Shown here one piece after another: positions 61,607-64,000 of a stretch of 64,000 nt of DNA; position 1 is the stretch's first letter; the number at the start of each line of letters is the position of its first letter. Source of the DNA: Chrysemys picta bellii (taxonomy: Eukaryota); assembly GCF_011386835.1 (NCBI RefSeq), contig NC_088803.1, forward strand, positions 32,860,001-32,924,000, read 5' to 3'. The notes beneath the pieces were generated by a model. That model saw nothing but the letters and a program-made list of their open reading frames with translations. It was not told the DNA's origin and did no database searches. The translations under genes and the position numbers were made by a program.

Positions 61607-62350
61607 TTAGGCCAGAGCTATACACAAAACTTTTGCCAATATGGTAATAGCGGGTGGGGGTGGGTGGGTGATTTTTTTTATGACATTTTTATACTGTATC
61701 TGCAAAAGCTCTAGTGTAACTTGTTTTGCTGGGGGAATCAGTAAAAGCTATACTAGCAATTTGCAAGTATAAACTATGTCTGCACTAGGAGGGTTTGTCA
61801 GTGTAGCGATACTGGTATAAAAACACATGCAACCCATTTCTAGTCTAGATTAGGGTCAGATTTACACTTGGATCTGGTCTATACTAGAAAGCCTTATTAG
61901 CATAACTGTTGGTTAGGAGTGTGAAAACAATCACACTGCTAACTGACATAGCTATGCTGGCAAAAGCCCTAACGCTGATGCAGTTGTACTGGCAAAAATG
62001 TTCTCTTGCTGGTATAGCTTAGTTTTGATTTAAGTTATACCAGCAAAAGCACTGTATAAACTGCATCTGAACTAGGGGGATTTGCTGACATAGCTCTACT
62101 GTTATAGCATACCTGTAAAGCACTCCTAGTGTGGACTCAGTATATACTTCCAAATCTGCACTTTGGCATGGATAACTTATTATGGATAAGTTTCTTCCCA
62201 CTGAAATAAACTATACTGTCAAAAGCACTGTTTTGCCAGAATAACTGTGTCTACCCTAGGTGCTATTCCCGGCACAGCTATGTTGGTCAGAGATCACACC
62301 CCGTGCCTGATATAGATGTGAAAGCAAAACTTTGTAGTGCAGACCTAGCC
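61607..62350. mobile_element. Cluster of old Harbinger-type MITE remnants
   Basis: Several degenerate GTCTA(C/T)ACTAG / CTAGTG(T/C)(A/G)GAC ends (e.g. 61876, 62127, 62246, 62335-62350). Confidence 0.45.
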
Positions 62351-63042
62351 TAGACCTGAGAAATCAGCAGGCAAATAACTAGAATCCAGGACATAGCATC
62401 TGTTAAAAGGTAATGATTTTTTTAAACCACACGTGATATTCTGGTGGCTCAGCACTTGTGAGCTGGCAGTATGGGAATGTTTCGTCAGGGGGTCTCTGAG
62501 TACAGCATTGTCCTCTGTGCCCCACATCTATTATTAGGCTTGAAAGAAATTGATTTAGATTACACACACACACCAACGTTTACTTTAAAGCTTTTTTCTT
62601 TTATTGTTTTAAATGTTCACAGTTATGGGAATTTATTGGGGGGTGGGGGGGTCAGACAATAATTATTTAATGGCAGTTGGCACTGAGATGCAAAAAGTTA
62701 AAGCTTCATAACTGTTACACAAATAGTCAACATCACACATCAAAAGCTATCAGCTGAATATCCTTCAATCAAACTCTAACACGGAGATACTCAAATTGAG
62801 GCTCAGGAGCTGCAAGTGGCTCTTTGCAGCACACATTAAAACACGGTGTGATTTAATTATTAACCAATCTAAGTTATTAACCAGTCAGGATGCTTTTGGT
62901 ATGTTATTAACCAATTATAGTTGATAAAAATAATAATACTTGGTCAGTCCCTTTGCTGTGAGAATAATATATATATATATAAAGAAACAATGAATTCTCA
63001 CTATTATGACTCTTTTGGGTACAGTTGATACTGATTTGGCTC

Positions 63043-63123
63043 TAGGGTGACCAGACAGCAAGTGTGAAAAATCAGGACAGGGGGTGGGGGGTAATAGGCG
63101 CCTACATAAGAAAAAGACCCAAA
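63043..63123. mobile_element. hAT MITE 5' fragment
   Basis: TAGGGTGACCAGACAGCAAGTGTGAAAAATCAGGAC start; the other end was not found. Confidence 0.6.
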
Positions 63124-63299
63124 CGCTATTTGGCTCCTGCACCAGGAGGTCTGAGTGAGTGTCACTGATCTAACATGTTCTCAAGCCCCATTTTCCCGAC
63201 TTGGCCCAGCTGTAGCCTTCAATCATTATTGCTTGAAATATTTTCTCCTAGGTTTGTGCATAGCGAAATCACCACTTACCGCATTTTACCCCTAAAAGT

Positions 63300-63664
63300 C
63301 CTTCCACGCCCCGCTATTAAAGATCAAGGCACAAAGCCCCTAGGAGCCTGCGCCTCGCCCTGGGGTGCTGCCGGGCCGCCCCTGAGGGGAGGGGCCTTCT
63401 GGCTCCAACCTTGGCGCCCATCACCCTAGTCTCTGGGCGCCTCCTCTGGTGGGGGAGGGAGCTGCCGGGGCCCAATGGGGCCCCCTGCTCCCCTACGACT
63501 CAGGGCTGGGAAGGGCAGGGCACAGAAAAGAACAACTGCGGCTAGCCCGCGGGACCGATGCTATGGCAACGGCCGGCCAATCACATAGCTCATCACGTGA
63601 CACACAGCCCCGCCCCTTGCAGTGGGCGGGGGGCGTCACTTCCTTTTTGACCTTTCACCCCAAG
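63300..63664 (+). promoter_or_regulatory. DHX35 CpG-island promoter
   Basis: X-box-like GATGCTATGGCAAC 63557-63570, CCAAT 63577-63581, CACGTG 63594-63599, GC boxes, GTCACTTCC 63635-63643, YY1-type CAAGATGGCGGC over the start codon. Confidence 0.75.
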
Positions 63665-63704
63665 ATGGCGGCGCCCGTGGGACCGATGAAGTTTTGGAAA
63701 CCCG
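63665..63704 (+). CDS. DHX35: DHX35 (DEAH-box helicase 35) exon 1
   Basis: MAAPVGPMKFWKP(G)|GTGAGG, 40 nt; matches the recalled vertebrate DHX35 N-terminus and the expected synteny after FAM83D. Confidence 0.88.
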
Positions 63705-64000
63705 GTGAGGGGCGAACGGGCCCTGGAGGGAGGGAGTCACTGGGGAGCAAAGGCCGGGGATAGGTACCGCTGGTGCTAGTCCTCTCTGCTTCCCTTCGCC
63801 GGGACCTGGCCGTGCCGCCCGGCAGGAGCCTCTTGGGCCTCCCCTCGTCCCATCTCCTATTGGCGCTGCCCGGGGCTGGGGCGAAGCTGTTCAGTTCTTA
63901 CCCTTCCCCACCACAGTGACCCGGAGCTGGTGACTTAATGGTCTGTAATTATTCCCCCTCCCCCAGAGTCTCAGGGTGGGTGGGCCATTTAAGTTCACCT

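Overview
Eukaryotic (vertebrate) genomic DNA. A turtle origin is inferred from tRNA-headed SINEs with CR1 tails and the CR1/Harbinger/hAT/Penelope repeat mix. The window covers the conserved PPP1R16B - FAM83D - DHX35 block, all on the + strand: the last six coding exons of PPP1R16B (TIMAP), a complete four-exon FAM83D (570 aa) and DHX35 exon 1. Between FAM83D and DHX35 lies an unexpected second, tandem FAM83D-like gene (381 aa). Its exons 2-3 are old and diverged (about 76% and 86% nt identity by manual count) but intact. Its exon 1 is almost identical to copy 1 (2 differences in 462 nt). Its C-terminal tail, with all five TQT (DYNLL1/LC8-type) motifs, has decayed, while the CK1-binding DUF1669 residues are kept. 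The first 4.8 kb is a full-length, decayed PIF/Harbinger transposon nested in a CR1. It carries transposase and Myb/SANT genes plus a candidate third gene with splice acceptor, Kozak start and polyA signal. Other content: many MITEs with TIRs/TSDs, two solo LTRs, a Penelope-derived hairpin with a hammerhead ribozyme motif, a 5'-truncated RPS2 retrocopy and one 128-N gap. All identifications come from sequence inspection and recalled family motifs; no database search was run.
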